A stretch of 64,000 nt of DNA, from IMG/VR virus record IMGVR_UViG_3300045988_039227, positions 1-64,000 of that record. The stretch is one strand, 5' to 3'. This document shows, in pieces, positions 53,410 to 64,000 of the stretch. Positions within the stretch are counted from its first letter, which is position 1. Every line of letters begins with the position of its first letter. The notes under the pieces are model-generated. The model was not told where the DNA came from. It made no database searches and saw only the letters and a program-made list of their open reading frames with translations. The position numbers and the translations under genes are program-made. The stretch comes from a virus.

Positions 53410-55011
53410 TTATCTCAATCTTAAGCTAGTTATATTGTATGGGTTGTAATCAAATATACCTCCAGCCCATGTTGGTAAGAATAATCCATTAGGACCAAAT
53501 CCGCCAGTATAATCGCTAGAGAAATTAATTCTCTCATACGGCGTACCAAATGCGCCTCTCTAGTATTGCTCTTTAGATTTAGCCCAATTTCTTGTATACT
53601 TTGCAGAATCGGCAACTTTATCTGGATCTATGTACCAATACTTTCCATATGGTGCCTTTAAATTATTTAAAGAATAATCATCATATTTTAAATCAAGCAC
53701 ACCTCTATTTATTCCTGTGTCCTAATTTGGTACATTAGGTGATCCAGAAAACAACTAATACTTACCAGGAGTCCAACCTGGAGCTATGTTTTTATAATTA
53801 ATAGAGGTTGATCCAGGTGTATTGTCTGCTTTGTTTGTAGATCCGCCCTTTATACCATCTGCACCTATACCGTATATTGCTTTTAAAGCAGCATTCTTAT
53901 TATCTATATCCTATTGATACATATCAAGAATATCGCCATACTGCTTGTTTTTAATACGCTGAGACAGCCATTTCTGACCAATAAGACCAAGGTTAGACAA
54001 GTGTGTTTCAATACCCTTAGTCTTAGCGCCGTGTGCTCTATTATAAGCCTCCCATCCATATTGGTTAGACTGCTGTAATCTCTATGCGTCACTATCACCA
54101 AGTCTAGCAGCCATTTCGGCATAAGCGTTTCTATATGCAGCGTTCTTCTCCTGCACATTCATTAGCGCATCTGCAACGTTTCTCTAATTACCCAAAGCTA
54201 AGGCTACTCTATTAGCCTATCTTTGACCACCTGTATAACCACCAGAATTAGCGAGCTAATAAGCAGCCTATCTATCTTGAGCGTACAGCTTTTCAAGAAT
54301 AGGATTAGCTGATACTCTATTACCAGCCATAGTCTGTAAAGCTATTGGCGCGTATTTATTAGCTGCATATATATTTGGCATTACAGGATTTTCTCTACGC
54401 CAATGATTAAGCATCTGTGTTTCAAGCAGCGCTGGGAATGCATATCCTGCATCAAGCATAAGATTTGACACCTTTCCTTTACCTGATTTAGACCAACTCG
54501 AAATAGCCTATTTTGTTTTATCCCATAAGCTTTTGCCATTATCAAATCTATCTTTGCCACAATTATGCTTAATCTGAGCTGCATAATCCTCGATCTAATG
54601 CTACTTCTCTTGTCTATCTGTAATATTCTTCATAGCCTACAAAATAGGGGCTTTAGCGCGATCCAGCTGATTCTTCTAAAGTTCCATCGTCTATTTTGAT
54701 AAAGAGCTAAGTTCGGATTTCTTTCCAGCTCTTTTCTCAATGTTGTTATACATCTAAAGCTTTGCTGTTAATGGGGCTATTTGATCAGAAAATTTCATAC
54801 CGTTGCTCCAGTCTACATCATTACCAGCTATAACATTATTATCGTTTACACTAACAGAGCTAGGCTAATTATCAACTCCAACCTTTCCTTTGGTTACAAG
54901 AGTTCCTGTGCCATTAGTATAATCTATAATGGACTCCCCTTTGCCAACTAAACTATTTACAGGACCACTCTAATATCCATTAGGTGTCCATACTTTATTT
55001 CCTTTTAACAT
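53410..55011 (-). CDS. virion module protein, 533 codons (TAG as sense)
   Basis: ATG 55011 (MLKGNKVWTPNGY...) follows an in-frame TAA at 55021-55023. The phase-checked reading reaches TAA at 53410-53412. It contains track fragment 54268..54471. Confidence 0.7.
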
Positions 55012-55705
55012 ATCTTGGTTTTATTAAATCTTTTCCTCGGTTGGCGTATAATACATCATCATACGTGTTACCATTATCTAAATAATATTGCTATGTAAGA
55101 CCTTCTGTTGCAGCTGATGATTGATTAACCTAGTTAACAAGATTAACTTTCTATTGCGCATTAAATATTTTTCTACGCTGTCTTTCTCTAGCTTTCTTAC
55201 TTCCAAACAGACCTCCGAATAATCCTGTGATGGCTCCAACCGCTCCACCTATAACAGTTCCAAGTCCAGGGAAACAGGAACCTATAGCAGCTCCTGCAGC
55301 AGCTCCAGATCCAACCATGCCTAACGTTGCGTTTCTGTTTGACTTGGATATATCTTCCATTGCTTTCTGTCTGTTAATATCATTCTACGCTTGGTAGTTT
55401 ACACCAAATGCCTAGTCTGTTCTTTGTCCAGAGTAAGCCATAAGTTCATTTGATCCCTTTACTGCGTCCTACATGGAATTATATCCCTGTATCATTCCTA
55501 TTGTGCCATTAACAGCTCCTGTTACTGCACCAGCGCTTATTCCGCCTCCTCCGAAATTTGTACTGCTAGGAATTTTCATTCCATTTATTTCTTTAATTGT
55601 TGGTAAAGATGTCAGCTATTGCTTATACGTATTAATTCCAGATATATCACCACCAATACTCTTTACACTACTTGATAAGTCTATACCATTATTGTATTTT
55701 GGCAT
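54995..55705 (-). CDS. Gly-rich protein with a glycine-zipper TM segment, 236 codons (TAG as sense)
   Basis: Phase-checked. Contains GMVGSGAAAGAAIGSCFPGLGTVIGGAVGAITGLFGGLFG. An alternative start is ATG 55738. TAA stop at 54995-54997. Confidence 0.6.
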
Positions 55706-55728
55706 ATTATTTATCTTCTTTCTCTATT

Positions 55729-58700
55729 TTAGCTCCATGACTATCTATATTTTGTTATTATATATTGTATTGCCATAGCTGGATTTGGTTTTATATCTTC
55801 TATACTGCAAATCATAACCTTGCCTCTAGCTCTATTGCCAAATAATCCATCAGCCCTAGGTATGGCAAATCTATGATTATTTTCTCTAAGTGTTATCTGC
55901 GCTTCTAGGTTGGATTCTATCTTCTAAGATTCTGTCTACCATACGTATTTATGATTCTTTGAAAAATAATCATCCTAATCAGATATCATTGCCTATAACT
56001 ATAGGTTTTCATATGTAACAATTTCTTGATTATCAAACACCTTTGTAACAAGCGGCTATTGAGCAACAACGTATTTAACGTAGCTTGAAAGCAGCTGCTG
56101 AGTTGTTGATTTAGGTGATCCATCAAGGTAGTCATACTAATATATGCATACGGTATCGTTTTTCTTTACAAGATATTCTCCGTTAAAGAACTGTATAGCT
56201 CCATCAAATGGTATTGTTAATGTTGATGTAAACTTGCCAAGCATTTCGTTGTACACAATCTACATATCATTACTTAAGACATTAAATACAACTTCATTAT
56301 ATCTATTATTGTAGAACACCTTAAAGTTGTAGTCCTTTTTATACTTGTTCAGTATATTCTATACTTTACCTTGCTTTGAAAGCTATGTTACACTCTATCC
56401 ATCAAACAAACAAATTACATTATTATGACTATCAAACCAATACAAACCACCGGTAGTGCATGCTGCACAGAATTGCTGTTTATGCATTCCATAGGTATTG
56501 CTGTAGTAGTCGTATCTATCAAGTACTCCTCCTGTTCCGAGCACTATGTTTTGCCCAGAGTTGTCTGTAGCAACACTACGGTCATTAACACTTAATATGC
56601 CAAACGATTGTTCTTGACAAAATGTAAGAACATTCTTAAATGTGCATATATCAGTTATAGGACCATACTCCTGATCAACATCTATAAAGTTAGAGCTTCT
56701 AAATTTACACCAACTATCTATGATTTCATCATTTTGTTTCAAATCAGAATAATATACTCTTGTATCTATAGTTTTATTATAATCTTGTGGATTAAGATCA
56801 TCGTATACAGCAAGTGGAATACTTGTATTCTATACACTATAGACAGAATTATAAACATACTCTGGCTCCTTTTGTACGTAAGCCTCGGTTATCTCGCATG
56901 GTTCAGCCTATATAAAAGATGCATAGTTATCTCTTGCATTAGAACTGAATGTCCATCCATATTGGAACTTGCACCATATATTTGATTCTGTTGGTATAGA
57001 GTATGTTATCATATGTGTGTTAGGGAACTATAACTCATCTTTTCCGCCCTTTGTATAAGCTCCGTACACTTTGTGCATGGATGTATATTCGAATGTCTCT
57101 ACATGACAATCTCCGTCGAATACGGTATTCCAATCGTTTTTAGACTCGAAGTAGTTACCGTCTCCGTAATATATATTTGTAAGTCTATTTGTAAACGAAT
57201 ACCCGCCATAAGGAGTTATTTGCTATCTAAGATTAGTTAAATAAGTTCCAAGTAGAGTCGGCCTAATTATCTTGAGTATTTCACCAATTTCACCAGGTTC
57301 TGTCTAATATGCTTCCTGTTTAAAACTATCGTAATAATTGCCATTCTCTGGATAATAATAAGAAGTTGCACCAGCTGTACCATTTTCTTTGTACTAGCAG
57401 CTCAACAGTAAACATTTTCCGCCAGTTCCAAAACATGCGTTTTTATTACCATGCTTACCAGTTCCATCGCCTTTAAATCCACCATTATAATTACCAAATG
57501 ATTCAAATATATTGCCATTAGTGTCATTACAAATGCCACCGGTAACCATATTTGCAAACAGCGCTCCTCCAGCAGAAACTGCATAGTTAGGATAAGATTT
57601 TGATGATGCCTATTCGTCATTATCTTTATTAAAGTTTCTTTTGAATGCCTAATCCCATTTTATCTGGTCAACTAACTAAAAGTCTTGTATATACTATGTT
57701 CTCTAAAACGCATTATTCCACCAATCACCTGGATCAAAAACACCAGTACTAAATTCGTATGGCTAAGTGCTCTATTCATACAATTTTATATACGCAAAAG
57801 CTTTCTGTATTATAAATTTACCAGCTTTTTCCTACCTTTTGTCTGCCGACTCATTATCCTTATTGTATAGTCTATCAAAATTTAAAATACAATCTTTAAC
57901 CAAAGAGTATGAATAAGGTCTCACATTTCCCAATCCGCCAATTGTTCCGGAATCTAAAATATTATCTATAATTTCGTTGCCAGTATTACCACCTCGTGCT
58001 TTATGTGATTGTGGATTCACTTTATAGAAGTAGCTAGGATTATATGGTGTATCTAAATAGCATATTGTACTGTCTTTGCTAAAATGGCTATCTACAGTTA
58101 AATCATTAACATAAAATATTCCTCTTGAATCATCACTATCTTTTGGACCAGGAAATAGCTCTACGGCACAGTTTGATATACATGGTATTATAAATTTGAA
58201 GCTTGTCCTACCATTAAAGCCTCTTAAGCTTCCATAATCTGTATTTGTTTCACCATCCCTATGTGAATCATATTGGTTGTCTTTAAACTTATAATCTCCT
58301 CTAGCTCCAAACAAAAAAGACTGTTTTTGCAAATAATATTTTTTGTCTTTTGTAAATTGTTTAAATGATTCTGGCTGATAACAAATTTCTTTTGAGACAA
58401 ATTGCAATAATTTATCATTATCTATATTTGTCATACACTGTGATGAAAGATCGTCTCCGTCTCCAATAAGCTATTTGAGTGAATTATATCCTTCTATAAA
58501 CTTGTTGGTTGTTAAAAATCCGGTTGGGCAAAACATATGATATTTCGTTACCTGATACTCGCCATTTGCTTCATATTGCTTACTATACGTGTTAGACACA
58601 GGAGAGCTAAGTACACCTTGTGATATTGTAGCAATATCAGATTCGTGTCTAGCGCATCTAACTATCTGATAGCCAGTACATCCTTCTGGCAAACTTTTTA

Positions 58701-60441
58701 TCATGAACTATATTCCTAGATTTCTGATAACTAGTTCATAACGTTTACCATTAACAATAGTATTTGATGACATCAACTAAAAGCCTTCTTCTGTAACATT
58801 TGGAGTTCTTATATCAGCGATCCATTTAACTGGGGATGCTTGGCAATATTTATCATACAAAACAATTCCATAACGATAAATCTCGTTTCGTCTAAGTGAC
58901 TTTATTAACCATGTGTTGTTATTTATTCCTGGATCAAATTCTGCTTTCTCTATTTCAGATGGTTTAAAATCTTTATCTATGTAAAAGACGTTGTTCTACT
59001 TTACGTTTTCTTTTTGAGAATAATTGTACAATGTTCCTATTTTTCTTGTATTATTCTCTTTTACGCAGGAGTCTTCAACCTAAGGGCTTATAACAAATCT
59101 CCATTCTATGTTTTTACCAGATCCACCTACCCATCTATATTTTGAATCGAATACAAAATTAGCAGAATATAATGAAGCTTCTTTATTTATGTTATTATAA
59201 GTATCATCATAACAATCGTGATCAAATGGAGGAACGGCAACGGAGTCACTTTCTATGTCGTATTTGTGCGCATCTATTGTAAATGTGTCATTACCATTAA
59301 CATCTGTTACGATACTTTTGTTTTCGTAATTGAACCTAAATGCTCTCGCGTCCCATTTATCGAAATCCTTAATAGTAGTCTGTATTGTCTTTGTGTTTGC
59401 AGCAAACAGGAAACCATCTTTAGACGCTAATGAGTTAGGTATTATTCTAACACCTTGTAATGAATTTAACTCTTCGACACTGATCTATTCTATTGGATCA
59501 TTGCCAACGTCGTTTATTATTAATTCCGAAGAATTATATTCATCAAAATTTATTTTAGCATCGTATATCACAGATACTATTGGCATCTATCCGTTTTGTG
59601 TATACTGTACCCTAAATACTTTGATGTAATCAAGGTGCCAATAATCGCTAGGAATTTGTATAGATATCTTTACTCCACAATTTGATTGCGCGCCCTATTT
59701 GCCACCGCACTTTACATATTTGCTATCGAAGTCATAATTACCAATTGGTATTTGCTGACATTGTATAGATGCTCCCGTATGTATTCCGTACCTATTGTAT
59801 AACTGGTAACAATAGCTTACAACACCAAACTCTATCTTTCCTGGCACATACTCTTCAAATACTGGCGGTTTACAAACCGCTTCTGGATAAGATAAACATT
59901 TGTTAAGATCACTGTATATTAAAGGATCATCTCTATTTATATTAAAAACCATTATCGGATGCTTAGAGTCAGCCAAGTATAGCTTGATATTATTTTCGCT
60001 CTCATAATTAAGCTAAATATCAAACACATCTGGATACTTCTCTCCTTTATCTAAAGGTAATAATTCTGCATCTACAACAAGTTTACTCTTCTATATATCG
60101 TTGAAGTCCTGGTCGTGCACTGTTCCACCTATCGCATTTTTAAAACTATAGACCTTAAGTCTGTTTTCATTTTCATCAACGCAAACAACTACTCCATAAT
60201 CTCTTATTGAACCAGTAGCAACAACTTTGTTACCCTCACCAGCAAGTAATCCAGCTAGCTTTACACCCTAGACTGGCATTAATGATCCATGTCTATTATC
60301 TCTACCTTCTCCACCTCTGTATGATGATATTTTTATATTTCTAGCATCAATATACTAGTTTGTAGCAACAACAGAGAGATCATCATCACTATTTAATCCT
60401 CCTGCGAAACTATTAATTTGTGGTTCAGTATTAGTATCCAT
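55729..60441 (-). CDS. large virion structural protein, 1570 codons (tail hub/nozzle-type role inferred from position only; TAG as sense)
   Basis: ATG 60441 follows an in-frame TAA at 60460-60462. The phase-checked reading reaches TAA at 55729-55731, with about 38 in-frame TAG. It joins track fragments 59695..59976, 58471..58704, 57832..58434 and 56395..56742. Confidence 0.7.
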
Positions 60442-61249
60442 AGCAATAATCGTTAAAGTTTAACTATTTCTTTCCGGTGTTATTGAAGAAGTTCTCATCA
60501 TCATCCCATTCTGGTATAAGCTTAGTCCACTCATTCTTAATAGTGAGCATCTCACTTTCGTTTGGCATCATTGCCTCAGCGTAAGCCTGGTTTCTATAGA
60601 AATTCCACTGCTGCTATATATAGAAGTATGTGTTCTAATTGTATCTAGCTTTTCCTCCAAGTGATCCTCTAAGGAATTTTGGGAAGCTTAACTTCATCAT
60701 TACGTACCAGTATATAGCTTCCTAATATGAAGCTAAGTCTGGAATAAGTGGGTAACCCCTTTCATCTGTAGCTATTGCCTTGTATGACAATTTAACAAAG
60801 CCTTTGTCTTTATTAAAGACTATCCAACCTGGTTTAATCCAGTATGTAGGAACATCTATTTTCTTGTCTCTAATAGCATCCATCAGCGCAGTGCTACCAT
60901 TGATGCCAAGAAGCTATGATCTATGCGTAATCAACGGTACGCCAGCAGGCTACTCTGGATGATGGTGATGCATAGGTTTTGTATCAGCCTTAGACTTAAA
61001 TGAGCTCTCATCTTTTAGTGCCTATACCCAATTTGTTCCATTGTTTGAATAGGCTACAGTTGTCAATGATTCTAAGTCTTCTGGTATTGGAACTTGATGT
61101 TCGTGTATTTCAAATATTGGAACGCAATCTTCACCAGACTCCTTCTATACATACTATACAGGGGCACCAATTTTTTCAACAGCTTCAAAGATCCATTCTC
61201 GTATATCTGTAATACGCATGTTCTTTTCTTGCATGTTTGAGTCAGCCAT
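60431..61249 (-). CDS. virion module protein, 272 codons (TAG as sense)
   Basis: ATG 61249 (MADSNMQEKNMRITDIREW...) lies 20 nt after the upstream TGA. The phase-checked reading reaches TAA at 60431-60433. Confidence 0.65.
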
Positions 61250-61268
61250 AATTTTAGCTATAACTGAC

Positions 61269-61739
61269 TCACATTTTGTATACTTGTATATCATCTATAT
61301 TTATATAATCTTGTTTATTAAATATAAGTTGAGCAAGGTGCCTTTTGTTTTCCCTAACCATACATAGCTAGTATTTATATCTATCAGAAAACATCCTGGG
61401 TATTTTTGACCAATATAATCTATATTTATATCCATTAGAGTGCTCGTTTAAATGATAAACCCTTTTGCCTACTTCTTTAGTTGATTTGTAATCTGTAGAC
61501 AATGACTAACTAGAGTAGCTCTTTGGTTTATATTTTACTATGCATACAGTGCCTAGCCCATAAGGCATTTTAAAGGGCTGTGAGCGCTCTAAAATTTCTT
61601 CCTTGACAACTTTATTAAATTCGTCTATAATGCGCTTATATCGCGCGTAATTAAGCTCTACATCGTTCTTTTTAATGTAGTCTCTATATATATCAGCTAT
61701 TGTGTAGCTTTTCTTATTCTTCCTTATCTTGAGGACCAT
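61269..61739 (-). CDS. IHF/HU-like DNA-bending protein, 156 codons (2 in-frame TAG)
   Basis: The beta-arm-like motif FKMPYGLGTVCIVKYKPK resembles the HU/IHF sequence LPGFGTFxVxxR. After TAG read-through at 61506 the ORF ends at TGA 61269-61271. Confidence 0.55.
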
Positions 61740-62406
61740 TTGGTTTAACGCTTGCTAATGTTGAATTATTGCTATCGTCACTAGGTCTTTTTAACATAAA
61801 TGCCAATTCGTTGGTCATGATAGCTCTTTTTATGTCAGGTATCATCCACCCAGGTATTATTACATCATCTTCACTATCAGCCGTTTGCGTTGGATCAAAT
61901 ATTCCTGTAACGTATATATATTTAAAATTTTCCACACCATCACCATCAACATATATATACTAGTCGTCAAACCAACATATTGGCTCGTTGTATGTATATC
62001 TCCTAAAGTTATGATAATGTTTTCTAGACTTATTCATGATCTAGATAACACAACCGCTAATATCTGCAACATTAACTATGTCGTCGCTACTATCTTCCAT
62101 TGTGTACAATTTCTTTTTTGTTCTCTTCCTTGTACTACAATGACAGCAACAAGAGTCCTCTGATCCAGGAGTTGGATCGTCTATAAGCTCAAGTGGTCCA
62201 ATGGTTGATAGCTAACTATCATCTGGATCTTCATCATCTCCAGTTTCAGAATCTTTATCATTCTACTTCTTGGACAAATAGGCCTTATACTACATTATCC
62301 AAGATAAGATCTAATCCCTAGACATATCCTCGCTCTCGCTTATGTTATTATTTCGTACAATAAGAAGTATGTCATCTATCAATGTACGAGCTGAGAATGT
62401 TTTCAT
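61714..62406 (-). CDS. acidic virion module protein with a CCCHC cluster, 230 codons (TAG as sense)
   Basis: ATG 62406 overlaps the upstream TGA (ATGA). The phase-checked reading reaches TAA at 61714-61716. The track entry 61714..61935 starts at an internal GTG. Confidence 0.6.
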
Positions 62407-63068
62407 ATTGCTTCTATTATTCTTATACTATCTTCTTTAAGTATATCATTTGTATTATGTATCTTATATTTATACACATCTTTCTTTTTCCAGTCAAATG
62501 TTATTAATCTCTTAAAGAAGTTCTTTTTGTTCTTATATTCTCTATGCTTATAAATGTAGAGGTACTAAGTATTCTATACATCTAGCTTAATATTAACACT
62601 ATCTTTACCGATTGTATAGTATACTTTAGTTAGGTTGTTATACTGTAAACTATCTCTGTAAACAGAGTCTTTAAGTATAGTTATAATATTACCCCCTACC
62701 CCCTTACTTTTATTAACGTTTATAATCTACTTCTAAGTTGCTGCTACCTAAATTTCTTTACTCTTTAGCTTCTCTACTTTGCGTACAGAGTCCAACTACT
62801 ATACAAGCTTATCATTATAATCTTTAAGCTTTTTCATGTCTAGCCTTAAAACACCAGAAGCCTACTAGGCACCATTTAAGGCATCCTAATAGGCTTCGAT
62901 GTTATTATTAGCCATTTTAAGCTCCTCTGAGAGCCTATTAGCTTTGTTGTGGTAGAATATACCAGACGCTAAACAAAAGGCTATTAGAAGCCCAGCAATG
63001 GCGTTAAGCAGCGTTTTGTAGTTGTTCTTTATCTTGTTTAATATCTACTACATCAGCATTGCTTTCAT
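62403..63068 (-). CDS. spanin-like protein (N-terminal TM plus coiled coil), 221 codons, 12 in-frame TAG
   Basis: Translation is MKAMLMQQILNKIKNNYKTLLNAIAGLLIAFCLASGIFYHNKANRLSEELKMANNNIEAYQDALNGAQQ.... The phase-checked reading reaches TGA at 62403-62405. It overlaps the holin-like gene by 65 nt. Confidence 0.5.
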
Positions 63069-63309
63069 TATTGTTCAAATATTCTTTTAAATATGTTTTT
63101 ATCTCACCAAACTTACCTTGTATATAAATAGATACTCCATAGATACTAGCTGAATAAACTAATGTTTGGGCTACAAACCCTAGTACACCTGTGGAGATTT
63201 CACCCTACTATAAATACTGTACCCAGGTGAGAACCTAACCGCTCAAGAACGCGAGACATGCGGTTGAATACTAAATTTTCTCGCGCCATGTTCCTGTTAC
63301 TTTGCTCAT
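63004..63309 (-). CDS. holin-like small membrane protein, 101 codons, 4 in-frame TAG
   Basis: ATG 63309 overlaps the lysin-like gene's TGA (ATGA). Hydrophobic segments are YSTACLAFLSGQVLTWV and GVLGFVAQTLVYSASIYGVSIYI. TAA stop at 63004-63006. Confidence 0.5.
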
Positions 63310-63731
63310 TTTATCTCAATAGTTACCTTTCCTTTAGCACAAGCATCCTTTATAATTGGATAGAACTTGTTTATGGTAGCTCTTGAGTTAAGGACCATTC
63401 CAACTTTCTTATTTTCCCCAAGCAGCAAACAACCGGCCGTATCTTCATGTGTTGAGCCAGCGTGTATACGAATACCTTCAAATGATGGTACATTCATCAG
63501 TTGAGGAGTATACTTCTTAAATCTAGGCGAATAGGTCCACTTAATCTCATAAGTTCCGTAAGGTATTGCTGTTTTGGCATATACCTTTTTCTCTCCGTTA
63601 TCAAATTTACCGTTCTTATTAAGATCTCTAACTGTATCTTCAAGTGTGTCGCAAAAATAATTACCATCAATATATAATCGTCCGATGGTATACGTAGAGC
63701 GTAAGGCTATTCTTTTAAGTGTTAATTTCAT
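63306..63731 (-). CDS. DUF5675-like / YkuD-fold-like putative cell-wall hydrolase (endolysin candidate), 141 aa, no in-frame TAG
   Basis: This is an intact ORF in the track. The motif GIRIHAGSTHEDTAGCLLLG resembles the H...GC catalytic signature of L,D-peptidase folds. It lies immediately upstream of the holin- and spanin-like genes. Confidence 0.5.
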   Translation of the reverse strand: MKLTLKRIALRSTYTIGRLYIDGNYFCDTLEDTVRDLNKNGKFDNGEKKVYAKTAIPYGTYEIKWTYSPRFKKYTPQLMNVPSFEGIRIHAGSTHEDTAGCLLLGENKKVGMVLNSRATINKFYPIIKDACAKGKVTIEIK

Positions 63732-64000
63732 TAATAATTAAGCGTATAGGGGCATACGAGTACACCGTTGTCAATATGTATTAAACGCACATGTATATTA
63801 TATTGCAGGTTAAAGCTATCTATAGACGTAAGCTTAGGGCCACCCTAAGTTGTTTTCATCACTTTAAATAAATTTTTGTAGTCTCCTGAAGATAATTTTC
63901 CTCCCATCAAACCACATGGATACATGTCTAAGACATTTCCTATAGAACTATAATCGTACCAATCGGAAATACTATAATTACCTGATGTATCTAATAAAAC
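63731..64000 (-). CDS. C-terminal part of a late gene that enters from beyond the window (1 in-frame TAG)
   Basis: The frame is open from 64000. It ends ...VCPYTLNY* with TAA at 63731-63733 overlapping the next ATG (TAATG). Confidence 0.5.

Noticed and set aside
29561-64000. TGA reassignment (code 4) as an alternative explanation of the fragmented late genes.
   Set aside because: All checked fragment breaks are TAG. TGA acts as the terminal stop of three late genes (63306, 62403, 61269), with the next gene starting immediately in ATGA overlaps.

Overview
The window looks like part of a crAss-like (Crassvirales-type) phage genome of a Bacteroidota host. This is inferred from gene content; no database search was run. 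Two convergent modules meet at a bidirectional hairpin terminator near 29.5 kb.

(1) The + strand, 1-29.5 kb, reads in the standard code. It holds about 45 ORFs: many small early-type genes sharing conserved upstream boxes, an ECF-type sigma factor followed by a membrane protein, and a standalone ribosomal L7/L12 C-terminal-domain homolog. It also holds a replication block: family B DNA polymerase, DnaB-like helicase, AAA_24/Sak4-like ATPase, SSB-like protein, TOPRIM primase, two PD-(D/E)XK-type nucleases and an AAA+ ATPase. This module is interrupted by ORF-free, hairpin-rich islands at 2.6-3.1, 8.4-9.2, 13.2-15.4 (2.1 kb), 16.55-16.83 and 24.6-25.4 kb. These contain one canonical tRNA-Met(CAU), two aberrant tRNA-like genes, several T-loop hairpins, and a hairpin family with a conserved 16-nt loop and covarying stems.

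(2) The - strand, 29.5-64 kb, is a late/virion module that can only be read if TAG is a sense codon; TAA and TGA still terminate. Reading it that way and hand-checking the triplet phase gives 13 genes. They include a 5161-codon ORF with about 124 in-frame TAG that carries a two-barrel RNA polymerase catalytic loop (RIPTQ...DFDID) and an HEGFH motif, and a 2300-codon ORF with about 56 TAG and an HEMLH zincin motif. The others include a 1570-codon structural protein, an IHF/HU-like protein and a lysin/holin/spanin-like cassette.

TAG is also used as an ordinary terminator in the + strand module. I found no canonical CUA-anticodon suppressor tRNA by eye. All functional calls rest on motif recognition only.
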